Source: Treponemataceae bacterium (GTDB lineage Bacteria > Spirochaetota > Spirochaetia > Treponematales > Rectinemataceae). From it: 64,000 nucleotides of DNA. The translations under genes were made by a program, and so were the position numbers. The stretch is from NCBI GenBank assembly GCA_963678065.2, contig CAXXVZ010000003.1, forward strand, positions 1,984,001-2,048,000. Reading direction: 5' to 3'. Positions 1-9,114 of the stretch are shown one piece after another (position 1 is the stretch's first letter; each line of letters starts with the position of its first letter). Under the pieces are notes generated by a model, which did no database searches, had not been told where the DNA came from, and worked only from the letters and a program-made list of their open reading frames with translations.

Positions 1-486
1 ACGATATCCGAGACCCGGCTGCGCGACCTGATAGCCGATTATGCAGACGAGCCCGAAGCCCCCGTGATTGCGCGCGTGCTCACCCAGCGCCGCGGGACGA
101 TCAAGACGACCGGAGACTTGGCGGAGGCCGTACGCGATGCCCTGCGGAGTAGATTGAACCCGGACGACATGACCCGGAAGTCCATCCGGCGCACTTTTCA
201 GGCTCTCCGCATAGAAGTGAACGGGGAGCTCGCCGCACTGGAAAAACTGCTTGCGGCGCTCCCCTCCTGTCTCAACGGGGGTGGCCGCGTCGCTGTCCTC
301 TGCTTTCATTCAGGCGAAGAAAATCGAGTGGAACGATCGTTCCGCGACGGTTTTGAGCGCGGGCTCTACTCCTCGATTGCCGAACGCGGCATTCGGCCAG
401 GCGCCGAAGAACGGTATCAGAACCCTCGCTCCTCGTCGGCTCGACTCTGGTGGGCTATCAAGAACCCAAAATGTCTGATATCCTGA
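1..486 (+). CDS. rsmH: RsmH/MraW-family 16S rRNA methyltransferase, C-terminal part (5' end outside window)
   Basis: Frame is open from base 1; motifs RTFQALRIEVNGEL, GGRVAVLCFHSGE and NPRSSSARL. Confidence 0.85.
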   Translation, partial: TISETRLRDLIADYADEPEAPVIARVLTQRRGTIKTTGDLAEAVRDALRSRLNPDDMTRKSIRRTFQALRIEVNGELAALEKLLAALPSCLNGGGRVAVLCFHSGEENRVERSFRDGFERGLYSSIAERGIRPGAEERYQNPRSSSARLWWAIKNPKCLIS

Positions 487-489
487 CAT
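471..489. promoter_or_regulatory. Imperfect palindrome ATGTCTGATATCCTGACAT, candidate FadR/GntR operator upstream of the FAH gene
   Basis: Near-inverted repeat; shares the GTCTGA core with sites at 2097-2110 and 8912-8929. Confidence 0.5.
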
Positions 490-543
490 CATGCTTGTGT
501 AGTAATTATGCACAGGTCCAATTATGGCATGATGGAGTACAGG

Positions 544-1353
544 ATGCGAATAATCAGGTTCGAAAAAGAGGATGGGGAGCAGGTCTATGGAGTATCGGAC
601 AACGACGTGGATGCGCGACTCATCGTCGGAGATATATTCGCGGATTGGCATGTGCAATCGGACAGAGTGAAAGTCAGTAAGATACTGAAGCCCCTCGATC
701 CCGTAAACATTTTCTGCATCGGTCTCAATTACAAAGAACATGCAAAAGAATCCGGAGAGAGACTTCCCTCTGTCCCGCTCGTGTTCAGCAAACCTACGAC
801 TGCGACCATCGGTCCCGATGAGTCGATAATCATCCCTTCATGCACATCGGAAAGCGGCGAAGTCGATTTCGAGTGCGAACTGGCCGTCATCATCGGGAAA
901 ATGGCGAAGAATGTCGAGGCGGCCGATTCGCTCGAATACGTTCTGGGCTACACCGCCGCCAACGATGTATCGGCCCGGGAAATACAGATAAAAACGAACG
1001 GCGGACAGTGGTTTCTCGGAAAGTCCTTCGACACATTCTGCCCAATAGGCCCCGCGATTGTCACGACCGATGAAATACCCGATCCCCAGAATCTGAATAT
1101 CAGGACAGTCCTGAACGGGAAAACGATGCAGAACGAAAACACGGCGGACATGATATTCCCGGTCGCCGAAATCGTCTCGTTTCTGAGCAAACATGTGACG
1201 CTGATGCCTGGCACGATTATTCTGACGGGGACCCCAAAGGGTGTGGGGTTCACGCGGAAACCGCCGGTATTCCTGAAGCCGGAGGATTCGGTTTCGATCG
1301 TGATCGACAGGATCGGGGAGCTGCGGAACTCAGTTCAGGCCGGAAACGCCTGA
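544..1353 (+). CDS. Fumarylacetoacetate hydrolase family protein
   Basis: CIGLNY, DFECEL, ANDVSAR, GKSFDTFCPIGP and ILTGTP motifs; start chosen after a GGAG RBS. Confidence 0.92.
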   Translation: MRIIRFEKEDGEQVYGVSDNDVDARLIVGDIFADWHVQSDRVKVSKILKPLDPVNIFCIGLNYKEHAKESGERLPSVPLVFSKPTTATIGPDESIIIPSCTSESGEVDFECELAVIIGKMAKNVEAADSLEYVLGYTAANDVSAREIQIKTNGGQWFLGKSFDTFCPIGPAIVTTDEIPDPQNLNIRTVLNGKTMQNENTADMIFPVAEIVSFLSKHVTLMPGTIILTGTPKGVGFTRKPPVFLKPEDSVSIVIDRIGELRNSVQAGNA

Positions 1354-2067
1354 GGATTCATCGCCGACCTCGGGGACGTTGATGACAGAATGTATGTCTG
1401 CGAGAGAGATTTCCAGGTGCTTCTTCATCTCGAGGATGCCGACCTCGGCGTTCCGCTCCTGAATGGCCTTGTAGATATTTCTGTGGGGCTGCAGCGCATT
1501 CTTGACATTTTCCTTCATCGCGAACGAGCGCAGGCGATACTCTTTGAAAGCCTCATCCAGCTTCTCGTTGATCGTGGAGAGGAGTTTGTTGTGGGAGGCG
1601 TCGATGATCATGGAGTGGAACAGGGCATCGGATTCGGCCAGATCGATGACAGTCCCGCTCGCCATGGCCTTCTCGAATACGTCGAGAGCTTCACCGATCT
1701 TTTCTACCTCTTCGTCGCTCGCCCGGCTGATCGCGAGTTTTACCGCCAGAGGCTCGAAAGCGAGACGTATCTCCATCAGATCGTGCAGTGCGAACTCATT
1801 CTTGGTAAACCAATCCCGGATATTGGGTTCCGAATCCTCTACGGTCTTTATCACGAACGCGCCGCGACCTTGCTGAATCTGTATGAAACCGAACGCCTTC
1901 AGCATTCTGAGCGCTTCGCGGATCGTCGAGCGTCCTACGCCGAGTTCATCGGAAAGCTCTTTTTCGGTGGCGAGTTTGTCGCCCGGTTTGTATTTGCCAC
2001 CAAGAATTTCCGCTTTGATTCTTTTTGCGACCTCATCGGTGACGGATACACGTTCTATGGATTTCAT
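1330..2067 (-). CDS. FadR/GntR-family transcriptional regulator
   Basis: N-terminal wHTH (EKELSDELGVGRSTIREAL) plus FCD domain (DALFH, PHRNI). Confidence 0.93.
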   Translation of the reverse strand: MKSIERVSVTDEVAKRIKAEILGGKYKPGDKLATEKELSDELGVGRSTIREALRMLKAFGFIQIQQGRGAFVIKTVEDSEPNIRDWFTKNEFALHDLMEIRLAFEPLAVKLAISRASDEEVEKIGEALDVFEKAMASGTVIDLAESDALFHSMIIDASHNKLLSTINEKLDEAFKEYRLRSFAMKENVKNALQPHRNIYKAIQERNAEVGILEMKKHLEISLADIHSVINVPEVGDESSGVSGLN

Positions 2068-2096
2068 GCGACACTCTCTTGATGGGCACCACGCAA

Positions 2097-2137
2097 TTGT
2101 CTGACGTCAGGGTAGCATTAATGTAACACTCTGTCAA
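2097..2137 (-). promoter_or_regulatory. Sigma70-like promoter TTGACA-N17-TACCCT with overlapping palindrome CTGACGTCAG
   Basis: Read directly upstream of the first FadR gene. Confidence 0.6.
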
Positions 2138-2177
2138 CTAATGTTGCCTGTTCAAGAGAGCTCGCATGAAAATCGAA

Positions 2178-3068
2178 TCACTCGTCGACAATGTTTTCCA
2201 GAAATTTCCTTAACTGGGCGAGCTGGACAGCATTCACTTCGGACATCGGGCTTCTGGAATTGCCGCAATTCCGGCCGGTCAGCTGCAATGCGGCCTTGAT
2301 TCTGGCCGGAAATTGCGGCCCCCGGACGATCTTCCAGACAGGAAACATGGAGTTCTGGATAGCCAGAGCCGCCTGATGATCGCCGCCCCTGGTGAGATTC
2401 CACATCTTCACGCAGAGTTTGGGGAAGAGCGAGAGAATCGCCGAGATGGCGCCATCGGCGCCGAGGTCGAATGTCGAGTAGATCATCTCGTCGGTCGCGC
2501 TGTAGATCATGCCTCTCTCGCCGTTCGTGATCTTCATGTCATAGAAGGCCATGATTCCGCCCACGCTCTGCTTTATCCCGACAACATTTTCGATATCGAG
2601 CAGCGCGCTGAACATCTCCGGCGTGATTTCGTTCTGCGGCACGACATTGTAGACTACTATCGGCAGATTGACCGCGTCGGAGATCGCCCGGAAGAAATCG
2701 GCGTTCCCCTTGGCATCGGGAACGAGGACATTGTAGAACACCGGTGTGACCATGAGAGCGTCGGCCCCGGCCTTCGCCGCGGCCTTCGCCGTGGATATCG
2801 CCGCCTGCGTCGAGGTCCTGATTACGCCGGCCACGATGGGAATGTTTCTCGTATTCTCTTCTTTGATGATTTCAATCAGTTGCACGAGTTCTTCGTCCCG
2901 TAACGCCGCTCCCTCGCCTGTGCTTCCTCCGGGACTGATTCCATGGATCCCGCACGACATGAGGTGTCTCACTTCGTTCCGGAAAAGATTTGCGTCGATT
3001 TGATCGTTGGAATCAAACGGCGTGACGACAGGCGGAATGATTCCGCCTAAATGCTGTCCTTTCTTCAT
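2178..3068 (-). CDS. DapA/NanA-family class I aldolase/lyase
   Basis: GSTGE, VVYNV and GIKQS (Schiff-base Lys) motifs. Confidence 0.9.
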   Translation of the reverse strand: MKKGQHLGGIIPPVVTPFDSNDQIDANLFRNEVRHLMSCGIHGISPGGSTGEGAALRDEELVQLIEIIKEENTRNIPIVAGVIRTSTQAAISTAKAAAKAGADALMVTPVFYNVLVPDAKGNADFFRAISDAVNLPIVVYNVVPQNEITPEMFSALLDIENVVGIKQSVGGIMAFYDMKITNGERGMIYSATDEMIYSTFDLGADGAISAILSLFPKLCVKMWNLTRGGDHQAALAIQNSMFPVWKIVRGPQFPARIKAALQLTGRNCGNSRSPMSEVNAVQLAQLRKFLENIVDE

Positions 3069-3104
3069 ACCAACTCCTCGAATCACGGAGCCTTCAGCCC
3101 CGCT

Positions 3105-4187
3105 TCAGATTATTCTTTCCAGGCCTTCTTTCAGTCTGTCGGTCATCCATTCTTCCTTCAGGCCCATCGCCTCTACAATGTACCTGAATATCGTTCGGGT
3201 ATTTTCCGCATTTCTTTCGATACCGAGGTCCTCGATCGACACGGGAGTGCCCAATCCCTTGAGGAATGACCTCGCGCACCCGATCTCGCTTCCGTCCATC
3301 CCGTTCACATACATCTGCAAGAGGATTCCGGCGGAGACTATCTCGCCGTGCAGGTATTTCTTCTGTTGCGCCTTGAAGTACTTGCACACCGAATCGTAGA
3401 ACGTGTGCGCGATGGCCAGCTGTTTGCCGCCGCTCACCAACGAAGAGACAGTCCCCGTGAGAGCTATGCCGGCGCACAGGCAATCTTCCAGCTCGACGGA
3501 ATTTTTCTTTTCGAGCGCGGACTCCAAGGCCTTTCCCCCCTTTTCGAAAAACGCGTCCCAGGTGAACTTGGAGAGGGCGAGGGCCGTCGATGGGAGAATG
3601 GTTTTTTCCCAGTCTGGCGAATAGTCGATGCTGAAGGCTATTTCCGGGTATTTGGCCGCCGCATCGGCGATTCCGGAAGCAAGCATCCTTGCCGGGCAAT
3701 CGTGAATAAGAATATCCAGGTCGACGAGAACGCAGAGCACTTCCCTGTTGTGGAAGACGCTGTACAGCACGTCGCCGGCCTCGTTGTAGATCACGCTCAG
3801 GACGGCGTAGGCTGCGCATGTCGCGGCCGAGGTCGGGACCGTCACGACACCGAGGTTCAGATTATTCGCGACCATCTTGGCGGTATCGAGGACTTTCCCG
3901 CCACCGACACCGACTATGATGTCCGCACCGAAACTCCCGGCCATTTCCCCGTATTTCGAGCACTGCACCAGCGTACAGTGGCCTGAAAACTCCGCGATTT
4001 CATACTGAATGCCGTTCTGCCTCAACTCAGGCTCGAATTTTCCGCGGGCAACGGACAGCGCCGTCCTGCCTCCGATGATCAGCGCCCTGTGAACGCCGAG
4101 TCTTTTCAGCTCCGAACCTAAAAGGCCAGCGGCGCCTGCGGCCTGGATATACCGTCCACCACCCAGATACGGACTTCCGTTTCTCAT
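3105..4187 (-). CDS. Iron-containing alcohol dehydrogenase, glycerol-dehydrogenase-like
   Basis: GVGGGKVLDTAK, VPTSAATCAA, AIAH and LHGEIVS motifs; start MRNGSP. Confidence 0.88.
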   Translation of the reverse strand: MRNGSPYLGGGRYIQAAGAAGLLGSELKRLGVHRALIIGGRTALSVARGKFEPELRQNGIQYEIAEFSGHCTLVQCSKYGEMAGSFGADIIVGVGGGKVLDTAKMVANNLNLGVVTVPTSAATCAAYAVLSVIYNEAGDVLYSVFHNREVLCVLVDLDILIHDCPARMLASGIADAAAKYPEIAFSIDYSPDWEKTILPSTALALSKFTWDAFFEKGGKALESALEKKNSVELEDCLCAGIALTGTVSSLVSGGKQLAIAHTFYDSVCKYFKAQQKKYLHGEIVSAGILLQMYVNGMDGSEIGCARSFLKGLGTPVSIEDLGIERNAENTRTIFRYIVEAMGLKEEWMTDRLKEGLERII

Positions 4188-4198
4188 TTCAATTTCCC

Positions 4199-5491
4199 CT
4201 ATTTTACAAGGCCTGCGAGCCGCGGGACAAAGAGGGCGGCATCGGGAACTAAGGTAATGAATGCCAGGCTTATGAAGGCCAATATGTAAAATGGAGTCAA
4301 AGCCTTGATGAGCTTTTCCAGTGTCGTTTTGCCCACCGCGCAGGTAGCGTACAGAACGACTCCGACGGGAGGCGTGATTAGTCCTATTACCAAGTTGACA
4401 ATCATGATCACCGAGAAGTGAATGGGATTGACTCCGGCGGAGATGGCTATGGGGGCGAGAATGGGTGCGAAGAGGATGACAGCGGAGCCGGTCTCCATCC
4501 ACATGCCGATTATTATCAGAAGGACATTCAACAGCAGAAGAAGGATGTATTTGTTGTGAGAAATGCTCAGAAGGAACTGCGCGATCTTTTCAGGTATCCG
4601 CTCGGAACCGAGAGCCCAGGAGTACGAGGCGGCGAGGGCGACGATTATGAACAGCATGGCGCTCGTCTTCACGGTCGCTTCCAGAGCCTCCCAGATATCT
4701 TTCAGTTTCGCCTCGCGATAGACGAAGAACGACGCGATCAGTGAGTACAGCACCGCCACGGCTGCGGCTTCGGTCGGGGTAAACACTCCGCCCACGATTC
4801 CGACGAGAATGATCGCCGGCATCCCTATCGCCACGAGCCCGTCGGTCCAAATTTTGCGTTTTGTCTTCGCATCATATTTTATGGTGACTTTAGGAAGGTT
4901 CAGTTTCTTGCCATACAGCAGGATGTACAGGCACTGGCTGCCGCCGATCAGTAGGCCCGGTATCAGGCCGCCAAGGAGAACCGCGCCCACGGACATGCTC
5001 ATGATGCCCGCATACAGAATCGCTATCGAGCTGGGAGGTATCAGAGGGCTCTGGATGGACGAAGCCGCCGTCAGAGCGCAGGAAAAATCCCTGTCGTAGC
5101 CGACCTCCGTCATCGCGTCGATTTCCATCTTTCCCAGAGCGGCGATATCGGACAAGGCCGCGCCGGAAATACTCCCGAAGACCGTACTCTGGACGACATT
5201 CACGTAGGCCAGTCCTCCCCTCACCCTTCCCACCAGCAGATTGATGAGTGCGAAAAGCTTGCTGGAGACGCCTCCGCGGACCATTATTTCCGCGCTCATG
5301 ACAAAGAACGGGAGGGCGAGCAAGGTGAAGGAGTTGACTCCGGAGAACATGCGCAGCGGTACGATCACCAGATTCATCGGATTGGTCATGAGGATGAAAC
5401 CGACCGACGCGATCCCGATGGAAAAGGCTATCGGCATTCCCAGGAGGATGAAAGCCATCAGCCCGACGGTTGAAATCCAGAAAGCAGTCAT
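4199..5491 (-). CDS. dctM: TRAP transporter large permease (DctM)
   Basis: LLALPFF, FGSISG, LIPPS, FTPTEA and ITPPVG motifs; hydrophobic. Confidence 0.93.
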   Translation of the reverse strand: MTAFWISTVGLMAFILLGMPIAFSIGIASVGFILMTNPMNLVIVPLRMFSGVNSFTLLALPFFVMSAEIMVRGGVSSKLFALINLLVGRVRGGLAYVNVVQSTVFGSISGAALSDIAALGKMEIDAMTEVGYDRDFSCALTAASSIQSPLIPPSSIAILYAGIMSMSVGAVLLGGLIPGLLIGGSQCLYILLYGKKLNLPKVTIKYDAKTKRKIWTDGLVAIGMPAIILVGIVGGVFTPTEAAAVAVLYSLIASFFVYREAKLKDIWEALEATVKTSAMLFIIVALAASYSWALGSERIPEKIAQFLLSISHNKYILLLLLNVLLIIIGMWMETGSAVILFAPILAPIAISAGVNPIHFSVIMIVNLVIGLITPPVGVVLYATCAVGKTTLEKLIKALTPFYILAFISLAFITLVPDAALFVPRLAGLVK

Positions 5492-5985
5492 AACTTGCTC
5501 CGCTTTGTCGTTTTTTCTGTCCGGAATATTTCTACGAACAGGCCTATGAATTGCAGGATCATCAAGGATAAGCCGACGATGACGCCCAGCTGCGGAATTA
5601 CCATCGTGATTCCGAGCGCGGGAGCCCTCTCCCGGCCCCATACATTCGGTATCGCTTTCATCGCCAGAACAAACAGGAAAACAATGAAGACGAACGCTAT
5701 CGTCTTGATGACCATGTCGGCCATCCTGCTTGTTTTCGGAGAAAATTTTTCAGTCAGAAACGTTACGGTCAGATTGTCCCAATTCTTGATCGAAGTGCTG
5801 GCAGCGAGAAATACTGTCCAGACGAGAAGGAATTTGGCGAGTTCTTCCGACCATACCAAGGGATTTTTCAGGACATACCGAAAGAAAACACTGGAAAGAA
5901 TCAAAATCAGATTGAGCGCCATGAGAACATTGGTCAGGTATTTGACCACGCGCTCTATCCCGGAAAACAGGCCCTTCCCGCTCAT
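5488..5985 (-). CDS. dctQ: TRAP transporter small permease (DctQ)
   Basis: Four TM segments, VFFRYV..WSEELA motif, between dctP and dctM. Confidence 0.9.
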   Translation of the reverse strand: MSGKGLFSGIERVVKYLTNVLMALNLILILSSVFFRYVLKNPLVWSEELAKFLLVWTVFLAASTSIKNWDNLTVTFLTEKFSPKTSRMADMVIKTIAFVFIVFLFVLAMKAIPNVWGRERAPALGITMVIPQLGVIVGLSLMILQFIGLFVEIFRTEKTTKRSKL

Positions 5986-6008
5986 GGAATGTCTCCTTGA
6001 ATGCGATC

Positions 6009-6042
6009 GGGACGGAACACACGTTCCAGTGCGTTCCGTCCC
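6009..6042 (-). other. Intercistronic stem-loop 3' of dctP
   Basis: 10-bp inverted repeat GGGACGGAAC...GTTCCGTCCC. Confidence 0.6.
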
Positions 6043-6051
6043 CTTTGATTT

Positions 6052-7077
6052 TTACTTCGTGGAATTGATAACCTTTTCCACAGTCGCCGGATTGATGTTT
6101 TTCTTCAGCCAATCGATGACGGGCTGCTGTGTCGCCGCTTTGAATGTCGCCTTCTCCGCCGCATTCGGATAGTAGATCTGGACTCCCGCTTTCTGAACCG
6201 CTTCAAGCGCGAGGGAATCGTTGGCCCTGGAGGTTCCGCGCGCCGCATATTCGGCTATCTTTCCAGCCTCGAGTATCGCGGTCTGCAGATCGGCGGGCAG
6301 GGACTTGAGCCATTTTTCGCTCGTGACGATCATGGCCGAACCGAGGAGGTGCTCGTCGATCGTGTAGAATTTCTGAACTTCCTGCAGGGATCCGCCGAGG
6401 ATCGTGGCCGCGGAATTTTCCTGTCCATCGACGACGCCGGTCTGGAGGGCATTGTACAGTTCGAGCCAGGCGATCGGCGTGGGGCTCGCTCCGAGCGCCT
6501 TCACCATTTCCATATGAACCGGAATGGTCATGGTTCTCAGTTTCATGCCCTTCATGTCGGAGGCAGTCTTGATGGTCTTCTTGCTGTTGGAGAAACTTCT
6601 GAATCCGCCGTTGTCGTAGATGGCGAGTACGCGAAGGCCGGATACTTTCGCCATATCATCGAAAAAGGCTTTTCCTACAGGGCTGTCCCAGAGCTTGTAC
6701 GCGTCGAGGGCGCTGTCGAAGAGGTAAGGAATCGAGAAGGCCTGGATGTCTTTGTAGAAGGGAGCGACGGCACCGTCGGCGGGAGTGGCTCCCTGAAGCG
6801 TCCCGGAGAAGATCTGCTGCATGTTCTCATTCGCGTCGCCGAGCCTACCGTAGGGATAATTTTCCACGACGATGCGGCCGTTCGACAGCTTCTCGAGGGC
6901 GCCTTTGAATGCGACCATGCCGGCGTACGAGTGGTGCATGACCTGGAGATCGCCGATTTTCATGAATGGAGGATCTGTAAATGCCATCTTGAACACGATT
7001 GGCTGTTGCGCAAAAAGACCTGCGACCGAAAACAGAACAAGAATAGCTACTACCGCACTACGTTTCATGCTCTTCAT
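6052..7077 (-). CDS. dctP: TRAP transporter substrate-binding protein (DctP)
   Basis: Signal peptide; GGFR, GMKLRT and ELYNALQTGVVDGQEN motifs. Confidence 0.93.
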   Translation of the reverse strand: MKSMKRSAVVAILVLFSVAGLFAQQPIVFKMAFTDPPFMKIGDLQVMHHSYAGMVAFKGALEKLSNGRIVVENYPYGRLGDANENMQQIFSGTLQGATPADGAVAPFYKDIQAFSIPYLFDSALDAYKLWDSPVGKAFFDDMAKVSGLRVLAIYDNGGFRSFSNSKKTIKTASDMKGMKLRTMTIPVHMEMVKALGASPTPIAWLELYNALQTGVVDGQENSAATILGGSLQEVQKFYTIDEHLLGSAMIVTSEKWLKSLPADLQTAILEAGKIAEYAARGTSRANDSLALEAVQKAGVQIYYPNAAEKATFKAATQQPVIDWLKKNINPATVEKVINSTK

Positions 7078-7172
7078 CTCAAGCCTCCTGAAGATTGTTC
7101 CCGTCTCCAACGAGATGGGTTTGCATACCGAAGCACCGACCCGCATCGTTCCGATGACGACCCGCGTCTCCG

Positions 7173-8099
7173 CTATTTGATAAGTCCGAGCGACTGCATC
7201 ACTTTCCGGACATTCTCGATTTCATCCTTGCTCCCCCGGGAGAGCGGAGCGCGCGGCACTCCGGCATCGAGTCCATACAGTCTCATGGCCTCTTTCCAGA
7301 GGGCGACAGGGTTCGTGCGATTGTTCTGCCCCATGATTTTCAACAGGGGATAGAGTTTGCGCTGCTGGATCGCCGCTTCCTGAATTTTCCCCGCGAGGAA
7401 ATCCTCGATCATTTTCCGGATGCGATCGCCGACAACGTGGGAAGCTCCCGAGATGACTCCGCCGATGCGGGCATCCCCGCCCTGGGCGTAGGCTTCGAGA
7501 ATCATCGTGTCATCGCCGTTGTAGATGATGAAATCTTCGGGAGTGGCGTTGAGGAAGGCGGTTATCTGTTTCGGGTTGAGTTCAGCCTCTTCTTTGATCG
7601 CGACGATATTTTCCTGTCTGGCAAGCCGCGCCACGGTCGCCGGATCGATGTTCACGCCGACAAAAATAGGAATGTTGTACAGCATGATGTTGATGGACAC
7701 CGATTCGGAGAGGCGCATGTAATGCCTGTACAGTTCTTCCTGATTCGGTTTGGCATAGTACGGAGCCACGCACATCACCGTCTCGAATCCGATCGCCTCG
7801 GCTTTTTTCGCCAGCGCGACCGTCTCGATCGTCGACGCGCATCCGATTCCGGCGATCATCGGTATTTTGCCCCCCACGCGCTCCTGCAGGACTTCGAACA
7901 AGCGCACGCGTTCATCGAAACTCATCGTGTGGAATTCACCCGTGGTTCCCGACAGGACGAGGGCATCGCCTTTCTTGTTTTCGATGATGTATTCTGCCAG
8001 GGCAACCGCTTTCCCGTAGTCCACCTCATCGTTTTCTTTAAAAGGGGTAACGAGCGGAATAAGAATCCTTCCATACTTTTCCTTAACGAATTTCCCCAT
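7173..8099 (-). CDS. DapA/NanA-family class I aldolase/lyase (second copy)
   Basis: GTTGE, MLYNIP and AIKEE motifs. Confidence 0.9.
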   Translation of the reverse strand: MGKFVKEKYGRILIPLVTPFKENDEVDYGKAVALAEYIIENKKGDALVLSGTTGEFHTMSFDERVRLFEVLQERVGGKIPMIAGIGCASTIETVALAKKAEAIGFETVMCVAPYYAKPNQEELYRHYMRLSESVSINIMLYNIPIFVGVNIDPATVARLARQENIVAIKEEAELNPKQITAFLNATPEDFIIYNGDDTMILEAYAQGGDARIGGVISGASHVVGDRIRKMIEDFLAGKIQEAAIQQRKLYPLLKIMGQNNRTNPVALWKEAMRLYGLDAGVPRAPLSRGSKDEIENVRKVMQSLGLIK

Positions 8100-8139
8100 A
8101 GAATCCTCCCATGTTTGTTTCCGGGTCCGAACAGGACCA

Positions 8140-8853
8140 CTAAAATGAATTCTCTGCTTTTTTTTCCGTCACGCGCTGCATGTCTTCCAGTGTGACTTCG
8201 AGATGAGCGAGAATGGCCGGACCGACGCCATCCTTGTTGCGCTCCATTATCGCCTGAAGTATCCGTTCGTGGGGCAGCAGCGCGTGCGTTATGTTTTCGC
8301 TCACGGCGAAAGACCGGGTGCGGTATGCCCGCAATGCATCGGCCAGAATATTCCCGATCCTGATCAATATGTCGTTGTTGCTGGCTTCCATTATTGCGTT
8401 GTGAAATGACTCATCCAGGGTGGCCATGCCGATAACGTCTTTTTCGCGCACCGCTGTGGAAAAAGCTTCATGGATGGCATGAAGCCGGGCCACCTGACTC
8501 TCGCTGCCCCGGACTATCGCCAATCGTGCCGCGAGCGGTTCGATCGCCATTCTGACTTCCATGAGTTCGCAGACTTCAGTCTCTTTTGCCAAAAACCATT
8601 TCTTGATCGCCTCGGCGGGCGCGATGTCTTTGTGTTTCAGAAATGCGCCGATGCCGGGGCGCAACTCGATCATTCCCAGGGCCTGCAACATTCTGAACGC
8701 TTCCCTCAAAGTCGAACGTCCCACTCCGAGTTGCTCGCAGAACTCCGATTCGGTTGGAAGTCTGTCTCCCACCGTGTAGTTCCCGGAATCAATGAGGGAT
8801 TGGATTCTTTTTGCCACTTTTTCGGTCAAGGAAATCCTTTCGATCTTTTCCAT
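8140..8853 (-). CDS. FadR/GntR-family regulator (paralog of 1330-2067)
   Basis: LGVGRSTLREA, EVRMAIEPLAA and YRTRSFA are colinear with the first FadR. Confidence 0.93.
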   Translation of the reverse strand: MEKIERISLTEKVAKRIQSLIDSGNYTVGDRLPTESEFCEQLGVGRSTLREAFRMLQALGMIELRPGIGAFLKHKDIAPAEAIKKWFLAKETEVCELMEVRMAIEPLAARLAIVRGSESQVARLHAIHEAFSTAVREKDVIGMATLDESFHNAIMEASNNDILIRIGNILADALRAYRTRSFAVSENITHALLPHERILQAIMERNKDGVGPAILAHLEVTLEDMQRVTEKKAENSF

Positions 8854-8911
8854 ACCCCACCTGTTGATCCGACAATAATGCATCGGGCAATTCATCCATC
8901 GCAATTCATGT

Positions 8912-8952
8912 CATCAGACAGTCAGACTATCACCTATCATGATATCTGTCAA
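8912..8952 (-). promoter_or_regulatory. Sigma70-like promoter TTGACA-N17-TAGTCT overlapped by GTCTGACTGTCTGATG
   Basis: Read directly upstream of the second FadR gene and the TRAP operon. Confidence 0.6.
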
Positions 8953-9033
8953 ATTTTTTCTTTGACAAAATGCATGACACGTCAGTCTCGGCGGCAGGGT
9001 GGGTTTCAGGACTGGAAGAGTCGATCGGCTACG

Positions 9034-9060
9034 CGCTGCGGCCCGTGAAGGGCCGCAGCG
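9034..9060. terminator. GC-rich hairpin downstream of the mutase gene
   Basis: CGCTGCGGCCC-gtgaa-GGGCCGCAGCG; no U tract. Confidence 0.45.
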
Positions 9061-9114
9061 GCGGCAAAATGAGGCGTTGATGGTTATTGATAAGAGTCGA
9101 TGGGTTGTGACTGG

